64,000 nucleotides of DNA from an uncultured bacterium (GCA_943787795.1 CALSNU010000004.1:544001-608000), one strand, 5' to 3'; shown: positions 28,295-39,479, numbered from the stretch's first letter. Notes: generated by a model not told the origin, from the letters alone. Program-made: numbers and translations.

Positions 28295-31200
28295 ATGCCC
28301 CCCAGTGAACGACCCCGACCCGTCCGCCTCTCACCAGGCGCGGCCCTCGCTGCAGGGGCCGCCCTCGCGACCGCCGCGCTCGGCTGGTCGCGCCCCGCCG
28401 TCGTGCTTGCCCCGACCACGGGGGAACACGATGAGGTCTACGAACAGACCATCGCCCCCATCTTCGAGGCCACCTGCGTCCAGTGCCACGGCCCCCTGAA
28501 GCAGAAGGGTGCCTTCCGCCTGGACGAGCTCGACCGGGACTTCGTGGCTGGCGAGGACGCGGAGGAGTGGGACTACATCCTCGATGTCATCCGGAACGGA
28601 GACATGCCGCCGTCGAGCTTCGAGCGCCAGCTCTCCACCGAGGAGCGCGCGGCGGTGACCGGCTGGATCGAGGCCGGCCTGGAGGCCGCCGCGCGGGCCA
28701 AAGAGGGCGAGGTGCGCCCGGTGCTTCGCCGCCTGAACCGAGCGCAGTACCGGCACACGCTCCAGGACCTGCTCAAGCTCCCCGTGGACTTCGGCCAGGA
28801 CCTCCCGGGCGATGCCAAGTCGCCGATGGGCTTCACCAACAACGGCGCGACCCTGCAGGCCTCGACCCTGCACCTGGAGACCTACCAGGCCATCGCCCGT
28901 CGGGCGCTCGACGAGGCCATCGCCCCCGGGCCTCGACCGGAGTCCACGATCTACCGCGTGCGCTTCGGCGAGGGGATCGGCAAGGGCAAGGTGGGCGGCC
29001 GGACCGGCGGCTATCAATCGGTGATCCTGAACCCCGATCAGTTCACGGTCGAGGTCATCGGCGCGGACGGCGAACCCAAGGGTTCCGCGGCGTCCGATGA
29101 GGAGCGGAAGGCCCTCGACGCAATCAGGAAGAAGATCAGCGTGGGCCTCCGGGGCTCTCAGCAGAACCGCTTCCACATCGCCGCCGACGGCCTGGTCCTC
29201 TACGGCGCGGTCCCACACAAGGAGAAGGCTCCCGGCGCGTGGCAGGGGCCCTCCCCCAACGCCAAGCTCGAGCTCCAGCGTGTCTTCCCCGAGCGCGGCG
29301 ACGTGGTCATGCGCGTCAGCGCGGCCCGCGGCGAGGTCAAGCGGACCCGTGACCCGGTGCTCCTCAAGCTCGAGGACGGGGTCAACGACGTGAGCGTCGC
29401 CCTCTCCGAGAGCGCCCCCGCGACGGAGACCGTCAACGGTGAGGAGGTCGAAGCCGCCGAGCGCGCCCTCTCCATCGAGTCCTCGATGAGGACCATCACC
29501 GCCGAAGCCGCCAAGAGCGACCAGCGCAAGAACGTGCGGCTCGACGGCGACGTCATCGTCGCGGAGGACGTGACCCAGCCCTCAGACTCCAGGGTCCAGG
29601 TCCAGATCCCCGCCGAGGGCTTCTACCGGGTGCACCTCGTCCACCCTCCGGTCCCCGTGGAGCAGATGCCCTCGGTGCGCCTCTCCTACGCGGGCAAGAC
29701 CCTCGACTCCCGCCCGGAGCTGACCGCCGAGCAGCTCGCCCAGGGGCGTGTGTCCACGGTCATCGGAGCGGCCTACATGCGCGCGGGCCGTCAACACCTC
29801 AAGCTCGGCGGCCCCTTCTTCATCGGTTACTCCCACGTGGTCCTGACGCCGCTCGGCGCCGAGCACCCGCTGGTCGAAGCCCTCGGCCAGGCCACCGCCG
29901 AGCTGGAGGCCCGCTTCGACGACGTGGACCCGGTGCTCCGGGCCTACGCGGGGACGCGCACGGATGACGGAATGGACTATTCCACCTTCGACGGCGCCGC
30001 GGTCGTGACGGCGCCCCGCGGGGCGCCCCAGACCTACACCTTCCGAGGCCGCCTCGAGAACCTCCCGATCCCCGAACCGGAGTCCGGGGACAACGAGATC
30101 CTCTCCGGCATCCTGCTGCTCGGCGTCTGGAACGACCACCTCATCAAGGACCGGCGCAGCCCCGGCCCGCCGCTTCTCGTCGAGCAGATCGAGGTCGAGG
30201 CGCCGTTCCATCCAGTGTGGCCGCCCGCGTCCCACACCGCCATCTTCCCCGAGCGCAGAGACCGTGAGAGCGATGAGGCCTACGCCGAGCGAGTCCTGGT
30301 CCGCTTCATGTCGCGCGCCTTTCGGCGGGCGGCGGTGGCCGGCGACGCCGCCCCTTACCTCGCGTTCTTCCGCGAGGTGCGCCCTGAGGTCGACACCCTC
30401 GAGGACGCCATCAAGGAGACGCTGATCGCAGCGCTCTGCTCTCCACGCTTCCTCTTTCTCGTGGAGGGCCCGGGCGGCGAGGCCGACGACCTGCTCTCCC
30501 CCTTCGCCCTCGCGAATCGGCTCAGCTACTTCCTCTGGAACGGGCCGCCCGACGAGGCCCTCCGGAACGCGGCGCTCTTCGGGACCCTCGACGGCGACCT
30601 CGAGGCTCACGTCGACCGCATGCTCGATGACCCGCGGGCGCGCCGCTTCGTGGACGCCTTCGCCACCGAGTGGCTGCGCCTCGACCGCCTCGAGGACATG
30701 ACCATCGACGCGGACCGGTTCCCGAAGTTCACGCGCTTCGTCAAGCGCGACATGCGCGAGGAGACCCTGCGCTTCGTGCACCGGGTCTTCGCCGAGGACC
30801 TCGACCTCATGACGCTGGTGGACTCGGACTTCGCGATGCTGAACCAGAACCTCGCGGAGTTCTACGGCGTCGGCGGCGTGGTCGGCCCCCACTTCCGTCC
30901 GGTGACGCTCCCCCGCTCCGAGGGACGCGGCGGGCTCATGTCCCAGGGCGCCTTCCTGGCCGGTCACTCTGACGGGCTGGAGCCCCACCCGATCAAGCGC
31001 GCGGTGTGGGTGAAGGAGAAGCTGCTGGGCAGCCCGCCGCCCCCGCCCCCGCCCAATGTCCCCGACCTCGACGCCGAGGCGCCGGAGATGAAGGGCCTGA
31101 CCCTGAAGGAGCAGCTGGAGCTGCACCGGGACAACCCCTCCTGTCACGACTGTCACGCGAGCTTTGATCCCTTCGGCGTGGCGCTGGAGCGCTACAACGC

Positions 31201-31495
31201 CGTCGGCCTCCTGGAGTCCGAGCGCAAGGGTCGCCCCATCGACGCCAGCGTCGCGCTCCCGGACGGCACGGAGGTGGACGGCGCCCCCGAGCTCAAGGCG
31301 TATCTGGCCGGCGCCGCCCGCGAGCGCTTCATCGCCTCGGTCGTCGAGCACCTCTTCGCCTACGCCCTCGGCCGCGACGTCGTCTTCAGCGACGACGAGG
31401 AGCTCGAGGCCATCGCCCGCGAGGTTGACGCTGAAGGTGGGACGGGTCGCGCACTCCTGCGAGCCATCGTCACCTCTCCCTCGTTCCGCCGCTGA
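28295..31495 (+). CDS. Planctomycete DUF1592-family protein (cytochrome-c-like PSCyt + PSD domains)
   Basis: Haem motifs CVQCHG and CHDCH; MPP; LRRLNRAQY; RAFRR; LANRLSYFLWNGPPD; HPIKRAVWV; PPPPPPNVP; YALGR. Confidence 0.92.
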   Translation: MPPSERPRPVRLSPGAALAAGAALATAALGWSRPAVVLAPTTGEHDEVYEQTIAPIFEATCVQCHGPLKQKGAFRLDELDRDFVAGEDAEEWDYILDVIRNGDMPPSSFERQLSTEERAAVTGWIEAGLEAAARAKEGEVRPVLRRLNRAQYRHTLQDLLKLPVDFGQDLPGDAKSPMGFTNNGATLQASTLHLETYQAIARRALDEAIAPGPRPESTIYRVRFGEGIGKGKVGGRTGGYQSVILNPDQFTVEVIGADGEPKGSAASDEERKALDAIRKKISVGLRGSQQNRFHIAADGLVLYGAVPHKEKAPGAWQGPSPNAKLELQRVFPERGDVVMRVSAARGEVKRTRDPVLLKLEDGVNDVSVALSESAPATETVNGEEVEAAERALSIESSMRTITAEAAKSDQRKNVRLDGDVIVAEDVTQPSDSRVQVQIPAEGFYRVHLVHPPVPVEQMPSVRLSYAGKTLDSRPELTAEQLAQGRVSTVIGAAYMRAGRQHLKLGGPFFIGYSHVVLTPLGAEHPLVEALGQATAELEARFDDVDPVLRAYAGTRTDDGMDYSTFDGAAVVTAPRGAPQTYTFRGRLENLPIPEPESGDNEILSGILLLGVWNDHLIKDRRSPGPPLLVEQIEVEAPFHPVWPPASHTAIFPERRDRESDEAYAERVLVRFMSRAFRRAAVAGDAAPYLAFFREVRPEVDTLEDAIKETLIAALCSPRFLFLVEGPGGEADDLLSPFALANRLSYFLWNGPPDEALRNAALFGTLDGDLEAHVDRMLDDPRARRFVDAFATEWLRLDRLEDMTIDADRFPKFTRFVKRDMREETLRFVHRVFAEDLDLMTLVDSDFAMLNQNLAEFYGVGGVVGPHFRPVTLPRSEGRGGLMSQGAFLAGHSDGLEPHPIKRAVWVKEKLLGSPPPPPPPNVPDLDAEAPEMKGLTLKEQLELHRDNPSCHDCHASFDPFGVALERYNAVGLLESERKGRPIDASVALPDGTEVDGAPELKAYLAGAARERFIASVVEHLFAYALGRDVVFSDDEELEAIAREVDAEGGTGRALLRAIVTSPSFRR

Positions 31496-31720
31496 CGGAC
31501 CTGGGCTCGCTCCCGCCAGGCTCAAACCTGGCCCCCCGGCCTCCGGGCGCAGGGGAACCGACATCAAGGCCCGCGGGCCGCCGCACGGCCTCCTACGGGA
31601 GGGAGTTCCTGTCTCGCATTGCCGACCGGGCCACCTGGCCCCGCGACTGGGAAAGGACACCCCTCCGAATTCGAGGACGGCGGGCTAGGATCGGGGGGCG
31701 TCCTCGGGGACGCTTCTCCC

Positions 31721-33064
31721 ATGAGCCGTAAGTCCTGGCATCTCTCACGACGCACCTTCCTCCGCGGCGCCGGCGTGGCCGTCACCATGCCTTACCTCCA
31801 CGGCATGGAGCAGGCTGTGAAGGACTCGGTGAAGCTGGGCACCATCGCCCCGCCGAGGCGCCTCGCCTACGTGTACTTCCCCAACGGCGCGAGCTCGCCG
31901 CCGATGGACAACGCGGAGGCCATGGAGTGGAGCTGGCTCCCCATCGGACCGGGGGCCGACTACCGCTTCAGCAACGTTTCGAAGCCCCTGGAGAAGCACC
32001 GCGAGAACGTGAGCTTCCTGGGCGGACTCTCCCACCCCCGCAGCCGTCAGCTCCTCGGACACCTGGCGGGCGACACGTGGCTCACCGCGGGGGATCTGCG
32101 CGGCGACCGGTACCTCAACAATGAGTCCGTGGACCAAGTGGCCGCGCGCTCGCTCAAGAAGCACACCCGCATCCCGAGTCTGGTGCTCTCGACCGACGGG
32201 GGCGTCGGCTACAAGTCGCGCCTGTCGACCCTGTCCTTCGACCCCACCGGCCGGCCGATTCCCTCCGAGCACCGACAGCGCGCGATCTTCGAGCGCTACT
32301 TCTCGGAGGGCGCGGGCACGACGGCCGAGCGGCGCGAGAGCCTCGCCCGCGGACGCAAGATCGTTGACCTCGTGCTCGAGGACAGCAAGCGCCTGCGCCG
32401 CCAGCTCGGCGGCGAGGACCAGGAGAAGATGGACGAGTACCTCTCGTCCCTCAATCGCGTCGAGGAGCAGGTGCGGCGCAACGAGGCGTGGCTCGACGTG
32501 CCCCTCAAGCCCTTCAGCGCCGAGAACATCCAGCTCGACCCCAACCCGCGCACCGTCCCAAAGGACTACCTGCGCGCGACCTTCGACCTGATGGTGCTGG
32601 CCTTCCAGACCGACCTGACCCGCGTCGCCAGTTACATGATGGCGCGCGAGGACGGCATGGGCTTCGGGGACAGCTTCCCGAAGATTGCCCTGGGCATGAA
32701 GAAGAGCCACCACACCATCAGCCACGAGACCAACTGGAAGGAGTGGGGCACCTTCGACCGCTGGTACATGGAGCAGTTCACCTACTTCATCGACCGGCTG
32801 AAGGAGGTCACCGACGAGCACGGCTCGGTCCTCGACCGCACCCTCGTGATGTATGGCAGCTGCTGCAGCACCACCCACAACGCCCGCAACCTGCCCCTGG
32901 CCCTGGTCGGCGGCAAGGACATGGGCGTCCAGCACGGCCGCTACGAGCGCTACGGCGAGGAGGTCCCCATGTCGAACCTCCTCCTCTCCACGCTCCACGC
33001 CGCCGGCGTCCGCGACGAGTCCTTCAGCGACAGCACCGGCCCCATCCCGGGCCTGGTGAGCTGA
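31721..33064 (+). CDS. DUF1552 family protein (Tat-exported)
   Basis: SRRTFLRG twin-Arg; YVYFPNG; SVDQVAA; LAFQTDLTRVASYM; HHTISH; PMSNLLLS; canonical partner of DUF1592. Confidence 0.92.
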   Translation: MSRKSWHLSRRTFLRGAGVAVTMPYLHGMEQAVKDSVKLGTIAPPRRLAYVYFPNGASSPPMDNAEAMEWSWLPIGPGADYRFSNVSKPLEKHRENVSFLGGLSHPRSRQLLGHLAGDTWLTAGDLRGDRYLNNESVDQVAARSLKKHTRIPSLVLSTDGGVGYKSRLSTLSFDPTGRPIPSEHRQRAIFERYFSEGAGTTAERRESLARGRKIVDLVLEDSKRLRRQLGGEDQEKMDEYLSSLNRVEEQVRRNEAWLDVPLKPFSAENIQLDPNPRTVPKDYLRATFDLMVLAFQTDLTRVASYMMAREDGMGFGDSFPKIALGMKKSHHTISHETNWKEWGTFDRWYMEQFTYFIDRLKEVTDEHGSVLDRTLVMYGSCCSTTHNARNLPLALVGGKDMGVQHGRYERYGEEVPMSNLLLSTLHAAGVRDESFSDSTGPIPGLVS

Positions 33065-33138
33065 CGCGAGCGGGCCCGACTGGCGCCCTGCGGAGACCCG
33101 GCCGACCCTCGAGCTCGGCCTGACAGGAGCGGCACTGC

Positions 33139-33210
33139 GCAGCCGCAGCCGCAGCCTTTGCCGCAGCCGCAGCCGCAGCCTTTGCCGCAGCCGTTGCCGC
33201 AGCCTTTGCC
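33139..33210. repeat. Hexamer tandem repeat, 12 units (GCAGCC/TTTGCC) between convergent genes
   Basis: Read directly from sequence. Confidence 0.9.
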
Positions 33211-33248
33211 GTCCGGCCCTCGCTGGCCCTCGCTGTCCCTGGCACCCC

Positions 33249-34508
33249 TTACCCCAGGACCGGGCGCCCCGCTTCCACGTCGGCGCGGTACTCCGCGAGC
33301 ACCTTCCCGAGGAGCGCCACGTCGGCCTCGAAGGTCTCGGGCGGGAGCGCTCCGAAGGAGAAGCGGAACCACCCGCGGTAGGGCGAGACGTAGGCGGGGT
33401 CCTTCTCGTGGGGCCGCGCCATGTCGCAGTCCATGCCCTCGAGGATCGCCGCGCCGTGCTTGAAGAGCCGTCGGTTCAGCTCCTCCGCCTCGAGCCCCTC
33501 GGGCAGCTTCAGCCAGTGGTAGAAGCCGCCGTCTCCGGTGAAGACGCCGAGCCCCATGTCGCGGAAGGCGGCCCCGTAGCGCTCGCGCTGCCGGCCGTAG
33601 TGACCGGACACCGCCTCCCGAGCCTGCGCGACCCGCGCGGGCTCGAGGAGCGTCGCCGCGTAGAGCTGGGACGGGTGGCTCACGCCCCCCATACCGAAGC
33701 TCGAGAAGTTGGAGAGGGTCTCGATGTTCGTGCGGCTAGCGATGACCCAGCCGATGCGGATCCCAGGACTCTGGAGCCCCTTGGTGCACGCGCCGAGCAA
33801 GAACACGTTGCTGCTGTCGAGGTCCTTCACGTACCGGATCCCGCTCACGCCCTTGGACGGGTGGAACATCTCGTAGGCCTCGTCCAGCAAGATGCCGTGG
33901 CCCGGCTGCTCGGCGAGGGCCATGAGCTCCTCCAGCTCGGCGCCGACCCGGGTGTGCCCCGTGGGGTTCCCCGGGTTGCTGATGATCGGAAACACCCGGC
34001 CATCGGGGTTCGATCCCGACCGCTCGAAGTACGTCGCGTTCGACGGGTGGAAGCCGTTCTCCTCGGTGAAGGGCACGACCCGCCAGTCCGTACCCGCCCT
34101 CGTCATGATGTCGAGATACGCCGGCCACTCCGCGTTACCGATGCTCACCTGGACGTCCCGCTTCAGCAGCGAGAGCACCGTGAGGATGCCGGGCCGCCCG
34201 CCCGCGAAGACCATGACGTTTTCCGGCGCGATGCTCGATCCGTAGAACCCGTTGTAGTGCGCCGCGATCGCCTCTCGCAGGGCGGGGTGGCCCCACGCCT
34301 TGGGATAGAAGCGGTCCTCGGCCGTCACCTTGACCTCGCCCGGAAGCGGCGGCCCGCCCTCGAGCTGAGTGGTCAGCGGGAAGCCCTGGGACCAGGGGTG
34401 GGTCCCCTCGGTCCCCATGAACTGCCCGAAGCTATCGCGGAACGCGTAGAGGGTCTCGTAGATGCCCATGGGCGGGCAGTCGTCGGAGAGGAAGGAGTCG
34501 TAGGGCAT
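33249..34508 (-). CDS. PLP-dependent aminotransferase class I/II
   Basis: GHPALREAIA, SNPGNPTG, LDEAY, TKGLQSPGIRIGW, GGFY.W, FRFSF. Confidence 0.9.
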   Translation of the reverse strand: MPYDSFLSDDCPPMGIYETLYAFRDSFGQFMGTEGTHPWSQGFPLTTQLEGGPPLPGEVKVTAEDRFYPKAWGHPALREAIAAHYNGFYGSSIAPENVMVFAGGRPGILTVLSLLKRDVQVSIGNAEWPAYLDIMTRAGTDWRVVPFTEENGFHPSNATYFERSGSNPDGRVFPIISNPGNPTGHTRVGAELEELMALAEQPGHGILLDEAYEMFHPSKGVSGIRYVKDLDSSNVFLLGACTKGLQSPGIRIGWVIASRTNIETLSNFSSFGMGGVSHPSQLYAATLLEPARVAQAREAVSGHYGRQRERYGAAFRDMGLGVFTGDGGFYHWLKLPEGLEAEELNRRLFKHGAAILEGMDCDMARPHEKDPAYVSPYRGWFRFSFGALPPETFEADVALLGKVLAEYRADVEAGRPVLG

Positions 34509-34887
34509 TCGAGACGGCTTGGAGGAGGGCGAAGGAGAGCGGAACCGTGAACCGAGTCCGTCCATAAGGCTAGCTTGCCTGCCGCGCAGCGGCGATGCGA
34601 GGCCCTGATCTGGGCCCTGATCCTGCTCCACCACCACCGGCCGGCGCGACCTCCACCCCGCGCCATGGCCCCCCGGACCGTGCGTCCATCTCTGGCCGAC
34701 CTCGCTCCAACCGGTGCCCTCCCCCGCCCCTCGCCTCCCCACCCGACCTCTCGCCGGCACCTCCGCTCGGCGGCAGCGGGCGAGCCGGCCGTCCCCTTGC
34801 GCCCGAAGGGAAGAGGCCCTTAGAGGAGATGGGCCCAAAGAGAAAGCACCTGTCGGCACCCTCCCTGGCATGGATTAGATTCGGGAG

Positions 34888-36118
34888 ATGCTGACCACTC
34901 TCCGCCTCGCCACCGCTGGCCTGCTCCTCGGGCTGTCCGTCCTCGCCCCGTCACTGGCGTACATCCAGTCCCCGGGACCGCCCGGACGGCCCGGACGCCC
35001 CAAGAGAGCCGGCCCCAAGAGAGCCGGCCCAAAGAGAGCCGGCCCCAAGAGAGCCAGCCGCTCGCCTCCGCTGGCCGGCGAGTACCGAAGGGAGCCGGTC
35101 GATAACGGGTACCACAGCGGCGTGCTCGCCGCCAAGCAGGAGAAGGGCGCGGAGATCCTCGAGTGGACCAACGCCGCCGGCATCTCGTTCAACCTCTACC
35201 CCACCGGCCGTCCGTGACGTCCTGAAGACCGGGCCGCGGGAGCCCTACGGCGACAAGGCCCACGCGCAGCTCTTCATCGAGCGCGACGGTGACCGGGTCT
35301 TCGGCTTCACCCTCGCCAACGAGCTCTTCCTGCGCGACGGAGAGCGCCCGCCCGAGCCGCCCGCCGACCTCGCGATCCCCGACACCGACGAGGGGCTCCC
35401 GGGCAAGGGCACGATCCGACGCTACGACTGGTTCCGCAAGCTGTGGTTGGAGAAGCGGAGCCGTTGGTTCCGCCACACGGCGCGGGACCAGGGCGCGGTC
35501 GTGTTCCTGGGGGACTCCATCACGCAGGGGTGGGGTGACGACATGGGCGCCAGCTTCGGCTCGCTCAAGGTCGCCAACCGCGGCATCAGCGGTGACACCA
35601 CCCGCGGGATGCTGCTGCGGCTCGAGCGAGACGTGCTCGCCGTCCACCCGCGCGCCGTCGTGATGCTCATGGGCACGAACGATCTCGAGGAGGGCGACGA
35701 CGCCCGGGATATCGCGTCCAACGTGCGAGAAATCGCCAGGCGCCTGGTCCGCCAGGATCCGGAGATGCCCATCTTGCTCTGCAAGGTCTTCCCCAGCTCC
35801 GAGACGATGCGGCGGTCGGCGAAGGACATCCGGCGCATCAACGGGCTCTGCGCCAACTATGTCAAGCGCATCCCGCAGGTCACCGTGCTCGACACGTGGT
35901 CCATCTTCGCGAACGAGGACGGAGACGCCACGCGGGCGGAGTTCCCTGACCTGCTCCACCCGAACGAGCAGGGCTACAAGAAGTGGGCAGACGCCCTGCG
36001 CCCGGCGCTCAAGAAGCTCACCGCGACTCCGCCCTCCCCCGCCCCGGTTGAGGCCGATGGCGAGGCGGTTGAGGCCGATGGCGCCGACGGCGACGAGCAG
36101 GACCGCCCCAAACCCTAG
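34888..36118 (+). CDS. Secreted GDSL/SGNH hydrolase, split by one frameshift at ~35213
   Basis: Signal peptide at 34888; frame from 35216 (DVLKTG...) runs into FLGDSIT, NRGISGDTT, GTND, DLLHPN. Confidence 0.8.
34998..35057 (+). repeat. Coding 15-bp tandem repeat x4 (PKRAG) in GDSL N-terminus
   Basis: CCCCAAGAGAGCCGG x4 with single substitutions. Confidence 0.9.
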
Positions 36119-36470
36119 CCCGCCCAGGAGCGGGACGCCGAACCCAGGGGGCGCTGCCGTTGGATCCTGGAGGCGCGCCTGGGCCCGGCACCTCGCGCCT
36201 CGTGTCGCTCTGATGCCCGGCTCGTGGAGCCCGTCGAGGCCGTGACCTTCGACGCGGACCATCGCCCGTCCCCCGGCCTGCCGAGGTGAATCCCCGCACG
36301 AGAAGACCGCCGTCTAGACCCGGGCGCTGGGCCGGCCGGCCTGTTCATCCTCTTCGGCGCGCGATACGCTCCGAAAGAGGTGCCCGAGCGGCACGATCAT
36401 CGCCCCCGACCCCGTGGCCCGACGCTGCGAGTCTCCCTGTGCCGACCGGCATTCGAAACGAGCGGTCCCC

Positions 36471-38342
36471 ATGTCCCTCTTCAATGAGCTAAAGCGACGC
36501 AATGTGATCCGGGTTGCCTCGGCTTACCTGGTCGTGAGCTGGCTCGCCATCCAGTTGGCCGAGATGCTGTTCCCGGTCTACGGCCTCTCGGACGCGGCCA
36601 TCCGGATCGTCGTCGGGTCCCTGGTGCTCGGCTTTGTCCCCGTGATCGTGCTGAGCTGGACGTTCCAGTTCACCTCGGAGGGGATCGTCCGCGATGAGGA
36701 CGTGGACCCAGCGAGCCCGGCGCTCCATGCCTCCACCAGGCGGCTCGATCGGTTCCTGATCGTCTCCCTGCTGCTGGCCACCGGCTACTTCGCGCTCGAC
36801 AAGTTCGTGCTCGACCCGTCCCGTGACGCGGCGCGCCAGGAGAGCGCCAAGCAGTCGGGCCGGCTTGACGCGCTCGCGGAGCTCTCCGCCCACGAGGCCG
36901 GACAACGCCTGCCCCACTCGGTGGCCATCCTGCCCTTCGACAACTTCAGCCCCGACCCCGAGGACGCCTACTTCGCGGACGGCGTCCACGAGGCGGTGAT
37001 CAATGACCTCGCGAAGGTCCGGTCGATGAACGTCATCGCACGCTCCACGGTGGCGCGCTTCACAGGTACGGCGCTGAACCTCCGCGAGATCGCCGAGAGC
37101 CTCAACGTCGGGAGCGTCCTGGAAGGGACAGTCCGCTACGCCGGCGACAAGGTCCGGATCGGCGTCCAGTTGGTGAACCCGGAGACCCAGCTGAGCCTCT
37201 GGGCAGAGCAATACGACCGCGACCTCGCCGACGTGTTCGCCATCCAGTCCGACATCGCCCGCCGCATCGCGCAGGCCCTGGAGGCGCGGCTCCTGCCCGG
37301 CGAGCAGGACGAGCTGAACACGGTGGCGACCTCGTCCGGCGAAGCCTCTGCGGCCTTCTTCAAGGCCATGCGGGGCGTCCGAGAGGGGTTCCGGGTGGCC
37401 GCGTCGCCCAGCGCGAGAGAGTCCATCCAGGGCTACCTGGACCTCGCCCTCGAGGCGGATCCGGACTTCGCCCTCGCCCACGCCTGGAAGGCGCGCGTGC
37501 ACGTGGCGTCCCGACTGTACGACCCCGTCGCGCCCGGAGATTGGCCCGCCTTCAGAGACAAGGTGGAGCGCCTCGTCGAGCTCCACGCCGCCATGGCGCT
37601 GGAGCTTGACCCCAACATGGGTCTCGCCTACTCCGCCCTGGCCGACCTCTACGCGCACAACTGGCGAACAGGGGACGCAGAGGTCGCGTCGGCGGAGGCG
37701 CTGCGACTGAACCCCAACGACCCGGAAGTGCTGGTGCGCCAGGCCAGCTTCGACATCCACCGCGAACGATTCGAGGATGCGATCCGTCACCTCGTGCACG
37801 CCCGGGAGCTGGACCCGAGCAGCGGCCGGGTGCTGCACGAGCTGGGCTACGCCCTCCACGCGTCGGGTCAGGACGAGGCAGCCTGCCAGGTGCTGGACCG
37901 TGCCCTCGAACTGAATCCGCGCGACGCCCTCTGCGCCGTCATGCTCGCGCGCGCGCGCTTCGCACTCGGTGACCGAAAGGCTGCGCTGGAAGCGCTCGAG
38001 TTGACCCAGCGACTGCTCCCCTCGGACGCGGCACCCGGCATCCGCGGTGAGATTGCCTGGGGCTTCGGCCTGCTCGGTCGGCCAGAGGAGGCCCAGCGCG
38101 CGCTGGACCGGGTCATCGAGATCGCCGCCCGGCGATACGTGGACCCTGCCGTGCTCGCCTGGACATACCTGGGTGTGGGCGACAAGGAGGAGGCCGCGCG
38201 GCAGCTGCGGCTCGCGGCGGAGGACCTCTCACGGGTTCAGGACTCTTACCCGGCGCACTTCATCCGAGAGAACAGCTGGTCGGACCCTGCGCTGGAGCAG
38301 GAGCCCTTCCCCCAGTTGAGGGAGCGCCTCGAGCTGCCCTGA
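36471..38342 (+). CDS. Membrane protein with TolB-like N-terminal domain and TPR repeats (adenylate-cyclase-associated type, no cyclase domain seen)
   Basis: MSLFNELKRRNVIRVA + 3 TM helices; SVAILPFDNFSPDPEDAYFADG; VLEGTVR; WAEQYDRDLADVFAIQSDIA; ALE.DP repeats. Confidence 0.85.
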   Translation: MSLFNELKRRNVIRVASAYLVVSWLAIQLAEMLFPVYGLSDAAIRIVVGSLVLGFVPVIVLSWTFQFTSEGIVRDEDVDPASPALHASTRRLDRFLIVSLLLATGYFALDKFVLDPSRDAARQESAKQSGRLDALAELSAHEAGQRLPHSVAILPFDNFSPDPEDAYFADGVHEAVINDLAKVRSMNVIARSTVARFTGTALNLREIAESLNVGSVLEGTVRYAGDKVRIGVQLVNPETQLSLWAEQYDRDLADVFAIQSDIARRIAQALEARLLPGEQDELNTVATSSGEASAAFFKAMRGVREGFRVAASPSARESIQGYLDLALEADPDFALAHAWKARVHVASRLYDPVAPGDWPAFRDKVERLVELHAAMALELDPNMGLAYSALADLYAHNWRTGDAEVASAEALRLNPNDPEVLVRQASFDIHRERFEDAIRHLVHARELDPSSGRVLHELGYALHASGQDEAACQVLDRALELNPRDALCAVMLARARFALGDRKAALEALELTQRLLPSDAAPGIRGEIAWGFGLLGRPEEAQRALDRVIEIAARRYVDPAVLAWTYLGVGDKEEAARQLRLAAEDLSRVQDSYPAHFIRENSWSDPALEQEPFPQLRERLELP

Positions 38343-39136
38343 AGGGCCACCGACGCCCGGGCCCGCGAGGTCCGCTCCGACTCCACTCCTCACGGCTGTG
38401 CTCGCTGGGGCGACTCTGGCCCCATGACCGCCCCGCTCCCCGCCTGGCGCGGCGCGTGGCCACATGCGCTGGTGCTGCCAGCATCTCGAGCTCCCCGATC
38501 CGGACCTCCCGGCCCTCCCCGAGCGCGCCGTCGTGCACCCGGCCCACCACGCTCGCCAGCTGGACGATCGGCGTGCGACCTTCGACTGGCGTGGACTGGC
38601 GCCGTCGATCGAGGGCGCCCGGCGGGCTCTCACGGGCAGGCTGGCCCTGTGGTCAGCGCGCTCGCCGTGTGTCCTCTGCTGCCAGGGTGAAGCGCGCGAT
38701 TCGAGGCCACCCACAGCCCACGTCGCCGCCAACGCCTCACCCAACGGGCCCCGGTTCGGCCTCGTGGTGCGCCGCTCGCGGAGACGGTGAATCAGCGAGG
38801 TTCGCGCGGTTCCCGAGGGCCGTGGGGCCGGGCCGACAGCCTCGAAGAGTGGACTGCGCTCCCCCACTCCCTGGCCGCACGCACGCCCGTCGCCCCTACG
38901 CGCCACAAACCGGCACTTTGGACCTCTTGTCCACTCGCCCCGCGTTTGCTTGTATCCTCCGCCGTTGCGCACATGCCCCACCCGGACCGATCCGGACCTG
39001 GGGCGGGCAGCGCGGTTCGGGTCAGCACTTGGCTCGCACCTTTCTCAGATCCAAGCAAGACGGATGATCCGCGTTCCGAGCCCCACCCGATGGTTGGCCA
39101 GCTAGACGAGCGTTGACCACCGAAGGAAACGACTCA

Positions 39137-39445
39137 ATGGGTACACGACTCTTTGTCGGCAACCTCTCCTGGGACACGACTGAACAGTCCCTCCGCGACA
39201 CATTCTCCGAAGGCGGGCGCACCGTCAAGGACGTGCACATGGTCTCCGACCGCGACACAGGCAAGCCGCGTGGCTTTGGCTTTGTCGAGATGAGCACGCC
39301 CGAAGAGGCCGAGGCCGTCATCCAGGCGCTGGACGGCGCCATGCTCGACGGACGCAACATCAAGGTCAGCGAAGCGCAAGAGCGCCAGCCGCGTGGCGGC
39401 GGCGGCGGCGGTCGCGGCGGCGGCGGTGGCGGCGGCAACTGGTAG
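39137..39445 (+). CDS. RRM RNA-binding protein with Gly-rich tail
   Basis: RNP2 LFVGNL, RNP1 RGFGFVEM, DRDTG, GRNIKVSEA. Confidence 0.95.
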   Translation: MGTRLFVGNLSWDTTEQSLRDTFSEGGRTVKDVHMVSDRDTGKPRGFGFVEMSTPEEAEAVIQALDGAMLDGRNIKVSEAQERQPRGGGGGGRGGGGGGGNW

Positions 39446-39479
39446 TCGCTCCGCACGGCGACCAGCTGTGACGAATACC

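Noticed and set aside
31496..31720. Cobalamin riboswitch between DUF1592 and DUF1552 (AGGGGAACCG, ACTGGGAAAGG words)
   Set aside because: Core elements and B12 box are missing or out of order
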